57,115 nt of DNA from a virus (taxonomy: Duplodnaviria > Caudoviricetes). The DNA lies in IMG/VR virus record IMGVR_UViG_3300048587_000396, positions 1 through 57,115 of that record; one strand, written 5' to 3'. The notes under the pieces are model-generated. The model had not been told where the DNA came from. It did not search any database and saw only the letters and a list, made by a program, of their open reading frames with translations. Shown here in pieces: positions 29,903 through 38,360 of the stretch. Within the stretch, counting starts at the first letter, position 1, and each line of letters begins with the position of its first letter. Position numbers and translations under genes: made by a program.

Positions 29903-30121
29903 ATGATCACGCACATCACCAAGGACCACGCCGTCGAGGTGTTCATCCACGACTTCAGCGCCTTCGCGTCGGACCTCGGCTGGCCTCCCGGCACGGTCCC
30001 GACCAAGGTCGGCACCGATCTCGGCAATCGCCAGCCCTTCCTGCTCGCGAAGGCGGACGGCGAGATGTTCGTCTATCAGCAGGCGAACGGCTGCATCAGC
30101 CTCACCGTGTTCAACGACTAG
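29903..30121 (+). CDS. Early hypothetical protein
   Basis: CAGGAG RBS; FASDLG...GN...F...LTVFND pattern. Confidence 0.75.
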   Translation: MITHITKDHAVEVFIHDFSAFASDLGWPPGTVPTKVGTDLGNRQPFLLAKADGEMFVYQQANGCISLTVFND

Positions 30122-30131
30122 AGCTCGCGCG

Positions 30132-30160
30132 TTGCGCGACGCTCAACAGCCTGCTACCAT
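30132..30160 (+). promoter_or_regulatory. sigma70-type promoter
   Basis: TTGCGC-N17-TACCAT. Confidence 0.65.
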
Positions 30161-30214
30161 GCGCCAGCCGGGGGGGCGCACCTCCCCCGGCGCTCTTCAA
30201 CAGGAGATCCCAAC

Positions 30215-30919
30215 GTGGATAAGATAGTCGCCCGTATCAAGAAGCTGCTCGCCCTCGCCGGGAACAACTCGAGCGAGGCCGAGGCCCTGCTCGCCATGGA
30301 AAAGGCCCACGAGCTGCTCGCGCAGCACGGCCTCAGCATGTCGAGCGTCACGCAGGAGCACGCCGAGAAGCGGCTCAACCAGCCTCAGCGCGTCATGCGG
30401 ATGCCGTGGGAGATCACGGTCTTCAGCGCGCTCGGCAAGCTGAACTTCTGCTCCACCTACACGATGCGCTACGGCGGAGGCAAGACGGTCTTCTTCGTGG
30501 GTCGCGAGTCGAGCATCGAGACCGCGCGCCTCATGGCGGAGTTCGTCATCGAGACCATCACCCGGCTGTCCAGCGAGGCCGCTCGGGAGTTCCGCAAGGC
30601 GGAGGGCGCCACCGAAAAGCAATGGTTCGACTATCGCCGGTCGTTCCGCTTCGCGGCCGCGACCCGCATCCACGAACGCTGCCTCGACCTTCGCCGGGAG
30701 CGCGAAGCCGGTCCGACGACCACCTCCTCGGGCACGAACCTCCCCGCCCTGGCCTCGCTCTACTCGCAGGAAACCAAGGCGAACCAGCTCACGCTCCAGC
30801 AGCACGGCATCACCCTCAAGAAGGGACCGGCCAGCCGCATCAAGCTCAAGTCGAGCAGCGGATATGCGGCGGGTCGTGCGGCGGGGGACACCATCGCACT
30901 CAACCGACAGGTCCGGTGA
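30215..30919 (+). CDS. DUF2786-domain protein
   Basis: DKIVARIKKLLALA...SEAEA..A..KA.ELLAQHGL N-terminus; GYAAGRAAG..I.L C-terminus. Confidence 0.85.
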   Translation: MDKIVARIKKLLALAGNNSSEAEALLAMEKAHELLAQHGLSMSSVTQEHAEKRLNQPQRVMRMPWEITVFSALGKLNFCSTYTMRYGGGKTVFFVGRESSIETARLMAEFVIETITRLSSEAAREFRKAEGATEKQWFDYRRSFRFAAATRIHERCLDLRREREAGPTTTSSGTNLPALASLYSQETKANQLTLQQHGITLKKGPASRIKLKSSSGYAAGRAAGDTIALNRQVR

Positions 30920-30923
30920 CGGG

Positions 30924-30987
30924 CAGGGGGAACTTCCCCCTGATCCCCCGAGCCGCCTTGCGGGGCGGTTCCGGGGATCGGCATCCC
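30924..30987 (+). ncRNA. Repeated structured RNA element, copy 4
   Basis: caggggga-act-tccccctg, then ctgatcccc-c-gagccgcc-ttgcgg-ggcggttc-c-ggggatcgg. Confidence 0.65.
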
Positions 30988-31011
30988 GCCGTCCATTCAG
31001 GAGAACGGAAA

Positions 31012-31299
31012 ATGAACAGCGTCATGAACGCCATGCGGGACAGGCTGCACCGTCAGGTGACCGCCTTCACCGGATGGAAGCTCGACTGGAGCGAGACCGA
31101 CGTCTCCGACCTGGTGACCGAGGCGTCGTTCGAGATCCCGGATCGGGACTTCAACCTCTGGGTCGAGCTTCGGCCCGCGAACAAGGTTCGCCTCGCCTTC
31201 TTCAACGAGCAGGACGAGGACATCCAGGACGCCATGCCCGAGATGCTTCCCCGTCTGATCGGCGAGCTCACCCTCGCCGGCTTCCAGGTGGAGGGCTGA
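31012..31299 (+). CDS. Early acidic hypothetical protein
   Basis: CAGGAG RBS, ATG at 31012. Confidence 0.75.
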   Translation: MNSVMNAMRDRLHRQVTAFTGWKLDWSETDVSDLVTEASFEIPDRDFNLWVELRPANKVRLAFFNEQDEDIQDAMPEMLPRLIGELTLAGFQVEG

Positions 31300-31300
31300 C

Positions 31301-31636
31301 ATGGGCGTGCTCAAGATCATGGGGATCGCCAGCGCGGCGATCGTCGGGTGGTATGTCGTCGACGTCAAGGTGCTCGGCAACGAGCCCGCTCCCCCGGAGC
31401 GCACGCCGGAGTTGCAACGGCGATGCGAGGCGCTCGGCGTCATCGCTGAGACCGCGTTCGAGGCGAAGCTGCGAGGCGTCCCCCTGGAGGCCTATCGCGC
31501 CATCGTGGATCAGCAGGCGCGGGCGAACCGCACCAGCGACGCCAATCGCCAGAGCATCAGGGAAGCGGCGTCCATCGGATACGAGACCCGGACCAGGGAG
31601 GGCGCTCGCCACCGCGCCGTCACGCTATGCCGGTGA
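31301..31636 (+). CDS. Membrane-anchored hypothetical protein
   Basis: N-terminal hydrophobic segment; GGAGG RBS. Confidence 0.65.
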   Translation: MGVLKIMGIASAAIVGWYVVDVKVLGNEPAPPERTPELQRRCEALGVIAETAFEAKLRGVPLEAYRAIVDQQARANRTSDANRQSIREAASIGYETRTREGARHRAVTLCR

Positions 31637-31863
31637 GGCTCCCCGCCCTGGCGGCGCTCGCATTCCTCACGGGATGCGGGCTGCCTCCGCCGAACAGCAC
31701 CCTCGGCCGTCACTACCGCCTTCAGGCGACGGCTGACTGCCCCGAGCTCGCCCGACCGGGGGAATCTCATGCGGCCTGCATCGAGAGACTTGCGGCGGCG
31801 CGATATGAGTCTTGGATCAACACGCCTCCCCCGGAGCGCGTCTACGTAGTGAGGGTTCGATGA
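31627..31863 (+). CDS. Lipoprotein
   Basis: RLPALAALAFLTG-C lipobox. Confidence 0.65.
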   Translation: MPVRLPALAALAFLTGCGLPPPNSTLGRHYRLQATADCPELARPGESHAACIERLAAARYESWINTPPPERVYVVRVR

Positions 31864-32048
31864 GCACCGAGCGCGTCCACTTCCGCCTGATCCAGATGCC
31901 GTGCTGCAAGCATCTGTTCTGCAACGTGAACCCGCGTCTACCGAGCTACTGCCCGGAGTGCGGGACGCACGTCTATTCCGAGATCAGGGCGTGCATCCTG
32001 ATCAGCGATGACAACGCGACCCTCAAGTATCGGGAGATCAAGCCGTGA
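31860..32048 (+). CDS. Zinc-ribbon protein
   Basis: PCCKH...CPECG; ATGA coupling. Confidence 0.65.
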   Translation: MSTERVHFRLIQMPCCKHLFCNVNPRLPSYCPECGTHVYSEIRACILISDDNATLKYREIKP

Positions 32049-32245
32049 CAGTCGGACCAGTGAGGGCGCACCATCGCGTGCGCCTTCCGTATCAGCGAGT
32101 GAGGCCGCTGGAGCGCGCCGAGCTCGAGACCATGATCCGCAGGCTGCGTCGCGCCGGCGACCACCTTGCCCTCCGCATGGCCGTTGCTGCCCTGGAGCAC
32201 TACCGTAATGAATGCCAGGGCATTGAATCGCATAAGAGCCCCTAG
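32045..32245 (+). CDS. Hypothetical protein
   Basis: GTGA coupling, GGAG RBS. Confidence 0.5.
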   Translation: MTVGPVRAHHRVRLPYQRVRPLERAELETMIRRLRRAGDHLALRMAVAALEHYRNECQGIESHKSP

Positions 32246-32259
32246 GGCCGACGCCTAGA

Positions 32260-32475
32260 GCCCTCCACGGCGCCCCGGTATGGCGCCCCGCGCCTAGGCG
32301 CCCCGGCTGGCGCCCTGCCCTGCCCTGGCGGCGCCCTGGCGCCCTCTAGGCTGGCGCCCTGCCCTGCCCTGGCGCCCCGGCTGGCGCCCCGGCTGGCGCC
32401 CTGCCCTGGGAGGCGCCCTGCCCTGGCGCCCCGGCTGGCGAGGCCCGGCTGGCGCCCTGCCCTGCCCTGGCGCGG
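32260..32475. repeat. GC-rich degenerate tandem repeat (GGCGCC / CCCTG units)
   Basis: About 13 GGCGCC sites interleaved with CCCTG and CCGGCT units, between convergent operons. Confidence 0.85.
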
Positions 32476-32486
32476 TCGGGACCGCC

Positions 32487-32618
32487 CTAGCGTGGCCTCC
32501 CGATGATGGCCGCGATCAGCCCTGCCATCGCGAACCATGCGGCCTTCCCCGGCTGTCCCGAGAACAGGCTCAGCATCGCGCCCATGAACGCGAGCACCAT
32601 CGCTAGAGCGGTCAGCAC
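32487..32618 (-). CDS. Small two-TM membrane protein
   Basis: GGAG RBS, GTG start, hydrophobic 43 aa. Confidence 0.5.
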   Translation of the reverse strand: MLTALAMVLAFMGAMLSLFSGQPGKAAWFAMAGLIAAIIGRPR

Positions 32619-32619
32619 G

Positions 32620-33048
32620 TCAGACTCCGGTGCTGCCGAATCCCCCTGCACCGCGCTCGGTGGGTGACAACTCCGGGACGTGGTTGAGGCTCGCCCGAAT
32701 GAACGGAGCAAGGACAGCCTGCGCGATGCGATCGCCGCGAGTGACCTCGTAATTCGCGTCGCCCAGGTTCATGAGCACGATGAACAGCTCCCCGCGATAG
32801 TCGTAGTCCAGAGTGCCGGGCGAGTTGAGCACGAAAATCTTGTGCTTCGCCGCGAGGCCCGATCGGCTGCGGATCTGCAACTCGTATCCGGGCGGCACCT
32901 CGAACATCAGGCCGGTGCGATAGATGCGGTGCATCCCGTAGTAGATCGTTCCCGTATCGGCGCTGGAGATGTCCATCCCTGCCGAGCCGTCGGTGGCATA
33001 CTCCGGGAGACGAACGTAGTGCTCCAGTGTCGCGATTTTGATTTCCAC
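32620..33048 (-). CDS. dut: dUTPase (trimeric)
   Basis: GSAGMDI, RSRSGLA, NSPGTLDYDYRGE, GDRIAQ, RGAGGFGSTG. Confidence 0.97.
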   Translation of the reverse strand: MEIKIATLEHYVRLPEYATDGSAGMDISSADTGTIYYGMHRIYRTGLMFEVPPGYELQIRSRSGLAAKHKIFVLNSPGTLDYDYRGELFIVLMNLGDANYEVTRGDRIAQAVLAPFIRASLNHVPELSPTERGAGGFGSTGV

Positions 33049-33070
33049 GAGTCAGCTCCTTGTTGGATTG

Positions 33071-34963
33071 TCAATCAACTTCCACCGTCTTGCCCTGTCC
33101 CCAGGACGGGCCGACCTCCAGGTCACAGACGACCGGCACCAGAAGCTCGGCCGCGCTGTTCATGACCTTGGCGCATTCACGTGCCTCATCCTCCGATTCC
33201 ACCGCGAAGCCGAGCTCGTCGTGGACCGACACCAGCACGCGGAACCCCGCCTTGTCAGCTGCGATCATAGCCGCCTTGGTCATGTCGGCCGCCGAGCCCT
33301 GGATCAGCTTGTTGAACGCCTTGTGGAGATACCACCGTTCACCCGCGACCATCGGGAAGCGGCACTTCCGACCGAGCAGCGTCTTGATGTAGCCTCGGCG
33401 CCTCGCCGCCTTGCCGACCTCGTTGGACAATTCGCGCATGAACGGAACGAGCTCGTCGTATTTCTCCAGAAGCTCCTCCCCCTCAGGCCCTGGCCGCAGG
33501 ACCACCCGCTTCTTCGCCGCCCACCAATCCTCGGTGAACGGCAGGCCGAGCGCCGCGCACAGACTGCCGGCTCCCTGCCCATACATCTGCGCGAGGTTGA
33601 GGATCTTGGCCTTCTTGCGGGGGATCTCCATCAAGTCAGCCACGAGCTGGTGAAGGTCGAGGCGCGGGTTCTCGCGATACTTGGCCGCGAGCTCGAGCGC
33701 GCTCTCGATCTCGATGGCAGCGCCGAAATGCACGGCGAGTCGTGGCTCCTGCGAGGAGTAGTCGCACGCCGCCCAGAGCGGCTTGTCCTCGTCTCCGACG
33801 AACAGACCGCGGACAGCCCTCGCCGCTTCCTCGTCTCGCGCTGGAAGCTGCTGGAGGTTCGGATCGGAACACGAGAAGCGACCGGTGACGGTGCCTCCGT
33901 CTTCGCCACGCAGAGACGAGAAGCTGGCGTGGATGCGTCCGTTGTGATGGTGATCGAAGATGAGCCGCTCGACGAATGTCACCCGTTGTCGATCGACGCG
34001 CCGCAGACGCAGGATGGATTGAGCCACGTCGTTGTCCGTCAGCGATTCCAGCCATCCCGCCTTGAGCGACGGATCGCCCTTCACCTTGGTCAGGGGGAAT
34101 TCCTCGATGCCGCTCTTTCGCAGCGCAGCGATCTGGACCTCGGTGTCCCACGGGCTGATGGTCTCCCCCGTGATCTCCAGCAGATGCGCGCTGACCTCCT
34201 CCTGCTCGATGATCAGCTTCTCGTGCAGCTTCTTCGCCTTGCTGAGCGAGACTGCCACGCCGCGCCGCCGCATACGATAGAGCACCGCGAGGAGCTCCAT
34301 CTCCATGTCGTAGATCTCGCGCACCTCGTCGTTGTCCAGCATCGGCATGAAGTGCTGGTGAAGACGCCACGTGACTTCCACATCCTGCTCGGCGTAGGGA
34401 CCGATAATCGTGCTCGGCATCATGTGGATGTTCGCGCCTCGCTTGCTCTTCTTGATGCCGTAGGCTTTCGCCCAATCGTCCATCAGCGAGGTGTCCTTGC
34501 CGACACCGAGATAGTCCTTGCCGAGATTGTCCAGAGAATATGACCGGCGATATTCGTCGAGAAGCGGAGCCTGCACCTGGACATCGTGGATGGCGCCCGC
34601 GAACAAGACCCCCTCGTTCTCGAGCCAGCCGATATCGTAGTTCGCGTTGGCGAAACACCACGAAAGGTCCTTGCGCTTCGCCTGATACGCGAGCCAGCTG
34701 AAGAAGCTCAGCTCGGACTTGTGCCAGTTATTCCCGCCGCGGTGACGGAGCGGATAGTAGAGCGGTGGAGTGTTGTTGACTTTCAGCGCCACGCCCACGA
34801 TGTGTCCGTTGTCGAACGCCCATCCCGGTCCACGCTCGATGAGCTCAGGGTCCTTGGTCTCGGTATCGCAGGCGATCACCGATCCCTCGGGGATGTCGGG
34901 CAGCTCACGCGGGGGAACCCAGCTGACATCCACCTTGTAGTCTCCTCTGAGTTTGACTTTCAT
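33071..34963 (-). CDS. polA: DNA polymerase family A with 3'-5' exonuclease
   Basis: DTET exo I, NANYD exo II, YAEQD exo III, TVTGRFS...PNLQQ, DYSSQEPR motif A, KILNLAQMYG motif B, VHDE motif C. Confidence 0.96.
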   Translation of the reverse strand: MKVKLRGDYKVDVSWVPPRELPDIPEGSVIACDTETKDPELIERGPGWAFDNGHIVGVALKVNNTPPLYYPLRHRGGNNWHKSELSFFSWLAYQAKRKDLSWCFANANYDIGWLENEGVLFAGAIHDVQVQAPLLDEYRRSYSLDNLGKDYLGVGKDTSLMDDWAKAYGIKKSKRGANIHMMPSTIIGPYAEQDVEVTWRLHQHFMPMLDNDEVREIYDMEMELLAVLYRMRRRGVAVSLSKAKKLHEKLIIEQEEVSAHLLEITGETISPWDTEVQIAALRKSGIEEFPLTKVKGDPSLKAGWLESLTDNDVAQSILRLRRVDRQRVTFVERLIFDHHHNGRIHASFSSLRGEDGGTVTGRFSCSDPNLQQLPARDEEAARAVRGLFVGDEDKPLWAACDYSSQEPRLAVHFGAAIEIESALELAAKYRENPRLDLHQLVADLMEIPRKKAKILNLAQMYGQGAGSLCAALGLPFTEDWWAAKKRVVLRPGPEGEELLEKYDELVPFMRELSNEVGKAARRRGYIKTLLGRKCRFPMVAGERWYLHKAFNKLIQGSAADMTKAAMIAADKAGFRVLVSVHDELGFAVESEDEARECAKVMNSAAELLVPVVCDLEVGPSWGQGKTVEVD

Positions 34964-35082
34964 GGGACTAGAAGCCCTCCCGGCCGGAGCAGATGTCCCC
35001 CTGCTGACAGAGGTCAGCCGCCTCGTCGATCGTGGCGGTGCGGATTATGCGGCCGCAATCCAGACACCGGAAGTGGCTGCCC

Positions 35083-35859
35083 TCACGGAGCAGGCCAGAC
35101 GTATTCGAGGTCGGTGCCTTCGGTCCATCCGTTGAGGGAGTAGTAGAGGGCGTCTTTTCGGAGGAGGTTGGATCGGTGGGATGCATGGAAGTCTGGGTCT
35201 CCGAACCAGGGTGGAAGGACGTAGACTCGAGGTTTGAGGAGCAGCATCGTGTTGCGGAAACCTCGACGTCGCCACTCCTTGATGCAGACATCGGAATACT
35301 TGGCGAGCGCCGCCTCGTAGCCTCGCCACATGCGGGTCGCTGGATGATTACGCCAGCCTCGCGACACTCCCGTCAACGCATTGAGGATCTGGCGCGCTTC
35401 GAGTCGCTGTTTGCCAAGGCGCTTGTCGTCGAGCACGCGAGCAGATGCATGGAAGTCGGGGTATGGAAGAAATGTTTGGATTGGGTCTCTCCTTGCTTCT
35501 CTCCATTGACGCAGAGCAGCTTCTCGCAGTTTCTGTTTCGTCGCCTCTGACTTAGGACGACCCAACATGAACGCTCGAGCGGCTGCGGCAGTTCCCGGCT
35601 TCTTAAGACCGGCATGGTGATATCTGTGATGGCAGGTGACGCACATTAATTCGAGATTCGACAGGAAGTTATCTGCGGGGTTCCCATTAACGTGATGAAC
35701 GTGACCAGATCCACGAGTAGTCCCCAGCTGAGATATTTGAAGTCCGCACCTAGCGCACGACAGGGGGAGGTCGTTGAACAGTGTCCACAGGGATCTCGCT
35801 ATTGCAGCGGATCCACCAGCGTGCTCCCCGCTTCTGACTGAGTGTATCACCTTGACCAT
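35083..35859 (-). CDS. HNH/NUMOD3 endonuclease module in frame with pyrimidine-dimer DNA glycosylase (DenV/MSMEG_6728-like)
   Basis: CARC...HVHHVNGNPADN.LSNLELMCVTCH; KSEATKQKLREA; QTFLPYPDF...RLGKQRLEA..HPA..MW...LPPW.GD..FHASHRSNLLRKD. Confidence 0.85.
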   Translation of the reverse strand: MVKVIHSVRSGEHAGGSAAIARSLWTLFNDLPLSCARCGLQISQLGTTRGSGHVHHVNGNPADNFLSNLELMCVTCHHRYHHAGLKKPGTAAAARAFMLGRPKSEATKQKLREAALRQWREARRDPIQTFLPYPDFHASARVLDDKRLGKQRLEARQILNALTGVSRGWRNHPATRMWRGYEAALAKYSDVCIKEWRRRGFRNTMLLLKPRVYVLPPWFGDPDFHASHRSNLLRKDALYYSLNGWTEGTDLEYVWPAP

Positions 35860-35900
35860 GTTGTCCCTGCCGCGGACCCCCTATTTGAGCGCCTAGCGCA

Positions 35901-35929
35901 AGCCTAGCCTGCCACGGTGCGGCGCGCAA
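35901..35929 (-). promoter_or_regulatory. sigma70-type promoter
   Basis: TTGCGC-N17-TAGGCT. Confidence 0.7.
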
Positions 35930-35931
35930 GC

Positions 35932-36546
35932 CTACGAGGTGGCGCTCACTCCCAGGATGTTCACGTCATGGACATGGGCGTCGATCCACGATTGGAACTC
36001 CTCTTCCTGGCCCGGTCGAACCTTCGTGCGAAGCTCTTCGATGCCCGTCTCGACGGATTGGGTGAATTCGTAGAGCGTGGCTCGGCGGCCCTCCTTCCAC
36101 GCCTCTAGCTTCTGGTGCGGACCCAGGTGATATACGATGTTGTTCCGCGTCTCGACAGCGAACCGCTTCGCCATGTAGACCAGGGTCACGCCCGGATTGC
36201 GATCCAGGGGGGTTCCGTCGACGGTGGTGTCGGTCTCGATCCGCTTTCGCTTCGGGTTCAGCATGAACGGGCAGGTCTGGACCGAGAAACGGGCGCAGTC
36301 GAGGTGCATCGGAGGCTCGGTGCAGATGCGGCTGAACAAGGACATGGGGCCGAGCACGAAGGTGCGCTTTCCCTCGGCCATCGGCCCGCCGCAGATCCAG
36401 CAGAGTCCCCGGACGTAGGCATCTAACGGACGGCGCGGATTGATGTGGACGAAGTCAGGTTCGCCTTTCTCGTTCGTCTCGGTGACGAACCACGGGATTG
36501 GCCTCCCCCGGCTGTCCTTCGGCAGATTGGCGAGAGCTGATCTCAT
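35932..36546 (-). CDS. Hypothetical Zn-binding protein
   Basis: RGRPIPWFV, CWICG, EPPMHLDC...CPFM. Confidence 0.75.
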   Translation of the reverse strand: MRSALANLPKDSRGRPIPWFVTETNEKGEPDFVHINPRRPLDAYVRGLCWICGGPMAEGKRTFVLGPMSLFSRICTEPPMHLDCARFSVQTCPFMLNPKRKRIETDTTVDGTPLDRNPGVTLVYMAKRFAVETRNNIVYHLGPHQKLEAWKEGRRATLYEFTQSVETGIEELRTKVRPGQEEEFQSWIDAHVHDVNILGVSATS

Positions 36547-36776
36547 GAGGGCGTAACCTTCTCGGTGGTGGTCAGGCGGACGTTCATGTGGAGGTGGATG
36601 TTCTCCTCCGCTCCATGACGTCCCTGCGACCAGACGAGATCCACCTTCTCGTGGGGGACGCCATCCATGTGCGTCGAGAAGTCGGCGCAGAAGCCCATAT
36701 GGATCTGCGTCATGTGATGCTCGCGGGCAAGCGCCACGACAGCCTTCGCGAACGCGACATGCTTCGGGTGGATCAT
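36543..36776 (-). CDS. Hypothetical protein
   Basis: GGAGG RBS, ATGA couplings. Confidence 0.6.
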   Translation of the reverse strand: MIHPKHVAFAKAVVALAREHHMTQIHMGFCADFSTHMDGVPHEKVDLVWSQGRHGAEENIHLHMNVRLTTTEKVTPS

Positions 36777-37039
36777 ACTGGCCTCCATCCAGGGATCCAC
36801 GAGCAATCGTGCTCGGGTTGAACGAGAAGGTAGCCTCCGAGCCGCCCGACGTAGGGAAAGACCGGCACCGAGTAGGTCTCGATGGGTCCGACAGTCTCGG
36901 GAGGCGGAGTGACCGTGAGCTTCACGGGCTTGCGGACCACGAGATACTTCGTGTCGGACTCGACGATCGTTCTCTCGCAGTGACCCACGAGAATGATGTC
37001 GCCGTTGGGAGCGCGCCTCCGCACGTCTTGGATGATCAT
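36773..37039 (-). CDS. Hypothetical protein
   Basis: ATGA couplings on both sides. Confidence 0.6.
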   Translation of the reverse strand: MIIQDVRRRAPNGDIILVGHCERTIVESDTKYLVVRKPVKLTVTPPPETVGPIETYSVPVFPYVGRLGGYLLVQPEHDCSWIPGWRPV

Positions 37040-37368
37040 GACCGGGTCACCGAACGGATGCGATATTCGGCGTTCTGCAGCGCGACGCAGAGACTGCCGA
37101 TCTTCATGGTTCGCGACTCGGTGTGCGGCATGTTGATCACGAGCATGAGGTCACGCAGCGCCTCGGCGATCTCAGCCGCCGCCAGAGCATAGGCCGATTT
37201 GACGGAGGCTTCCGGCGGGGGAGCGATCTGCACCGTCGGATGCATGAAGCCCAGCGCGATCGCCCCCCGGTCTGCGAGCAGCGCAGCCGAAGGAACCATC
37301 GTGCCGTCTTCGGTCTGGATCCAGGCGTCCTTCGTGTAGAACTCGAGGACCTTGGCGAGAGCGCTCAC
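37036..37368 (-). CDS. Hypothetical protein
   Basis: GGAGG RBS, GTGA coupling. Confidence 0.6.
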   Translation of the reverse strand: MSALAKVLEFYTKDAWIQTEDGTMVPSAALLADRGAIALGFMHPTVQIAPPPEASVKSAYALAAAEIAEALRDLMLVINMPHTESRTMKIGSLCVALQNAEYRIRSVTRS

Positions 37369-37754
37369 GTCGGTTCCTCCGACAGACCATCCAGGGTGTC
37401 GGCGTGATCCATCGTGGGTTCGCCGATGTCTTCGGGGATGGTGATCTCCAAAGCGTCCGGGATGTCGGCGCTCTGCAGTTCGTCGATCCATGAGCTCACA
37501 GCGTCTCCCTTCTCGCCCTCCTGCCACTTCTCCGACTTCTCGTCGTAGGCATCCTGCGCCTCGGTGGCGATGGCGTCCACGAACTCCTTGGCGCTTTCGA
37601 GCTTCGCGTCGTATTCCTCGACCGCGGTGCGGAGCTCGGCCAAGGCGGCGTTCGCTGCTTCAACCTTCTCCTTCACCTGCTCGGCGGCGTCGTTGAGGCC
37701 TTTTGAGAAGCCGTCGCGCTCCTTCAACTGCGCTTTGGTCATCTTGAATGCCAT
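37365..37754 (-). CDS. Acidic coiled-coil protein
   Basis: YDEKSEKWQEGEKG motif; GGAG RBS. Confidence 0.75.
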   Translation of the reverse strand: MAFKMTKAQLKERDGFSKGLNDAAEQVKEKVEAANAALAELRTAVEEYDAKLESAKEFVDAIATEAQDAYDEKSEKWQEGEKGDAVSSWIDELQSADIPDALEITIPEDIGEPTMDHADTLDGLSEEPT

Positions 37755-37756
37755 CG

Positions 37757-37957
37757 CTACTTCTCCACCTTGATGATGAACACCCGACGCCCTGGACGGA
37801 GCGCCTTCTCCTCGCGCGCGATCTGCTTCGCTTGCTCCTCGGTGAAGCGACCCGCCTGCTCGCGAGTGACTTCGGCCATCCCCTTGTAGCTGATTGCGAA
37901 CAGCGAAGGGAAGTGGTCGCTTCGAAGTTCGACGATATACGGAATGGGAACCTCCAT
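37757..37957 (-). CDS. Hypothetical protein
   Basis: Follows the promoter at 37974. Confidence 0.55.
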   Translation of the reverse strand: MEVPIPYIVELRSDHFPSLFAISYKGMAEVTREQAGRFTEEQAKQIAREEKALRPGRRVFIIKVEK

Positions 37958-37973
37958 GCGTTGCGCCAGCCCT

Positions 37974-38002
37974 AGCCTAGCCCGGCGGGCCTCCAGCCGC
38001 AA
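37974..38002 (-). promoter_or_regulatory. sigma70-type promoter
   Basis: TTGCGG-N17-TAGGCT. Confidence 0.65.
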
Positions 38003-38360
38003 GTAGCAGCCGCTCCAGAGACATCTTCGCGATGCTCAACAGCTCTGGGGAGCCGGTGTCATCGAACGTCGCGATGAGCGCGATGATCGCTTGCTCCTCC
38101 GCCCCCAGATCTCCGTTGGCGTCCAGATACTCCCCGATGGAGATGGGAGCGATGGGGTTCCTGCTCACGTCGATCAACTTGTCCAGGAAGTGCGCGGCCT
38201 TCTGCAGATCCTGGATGCCGTTCTTCTTGCGCCAGCGGGCGACATACTTGGTGATCTGCCCGCCGAGATAGGACATGTCTCGACTGGACACGAGATCCCA
38301 ATGCTGGATCGGCGACTGATAGTGATCGCCGCCGACTTGACGCTCGTTGGGGTCGCTCAT
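37977..38360 (-). CDS. DUF3310 (T7 gp1.7/SaV-like) protein
   Basis: QVGGDHY..IQHWD....KYVARWRKKNGIQDLQKAAHFLDKLI. Confidence 0.85.
   Translation of the reverse strand: MSDPNERQVGGDHYQSPIQHWDLVSSRDMSYLGGQITKYVARWRKKNGIQDLQKAAHFLDKLIDVSRNPIAPISIGEYLDANGDLGAEEQAIIALIATFDDTGSPELLSIAKMSLERLLLAAGGPPG

Noticed and set aside
28587-30987. Repeated RNA element as hammerhead ribozyme, tRNA or plain terminators
   Set aside because: No CUGAUGA/GAAA core, no cloverleaf or T-loop, no U tracts, and each copy directly precedes an RBS
32242-32538. 98-aa Arg/Gly/Ala ORF across the GC repeat
   Set aside because: Open only because the minus strand is nearly T-free; no RBS
34968-35090. Possible tiny Zn-ribbon ORF (CLDCG) before polA
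   Set aside because: No clear start codon or RBS outside the overlapping glycosylase gene, so it could not be supported
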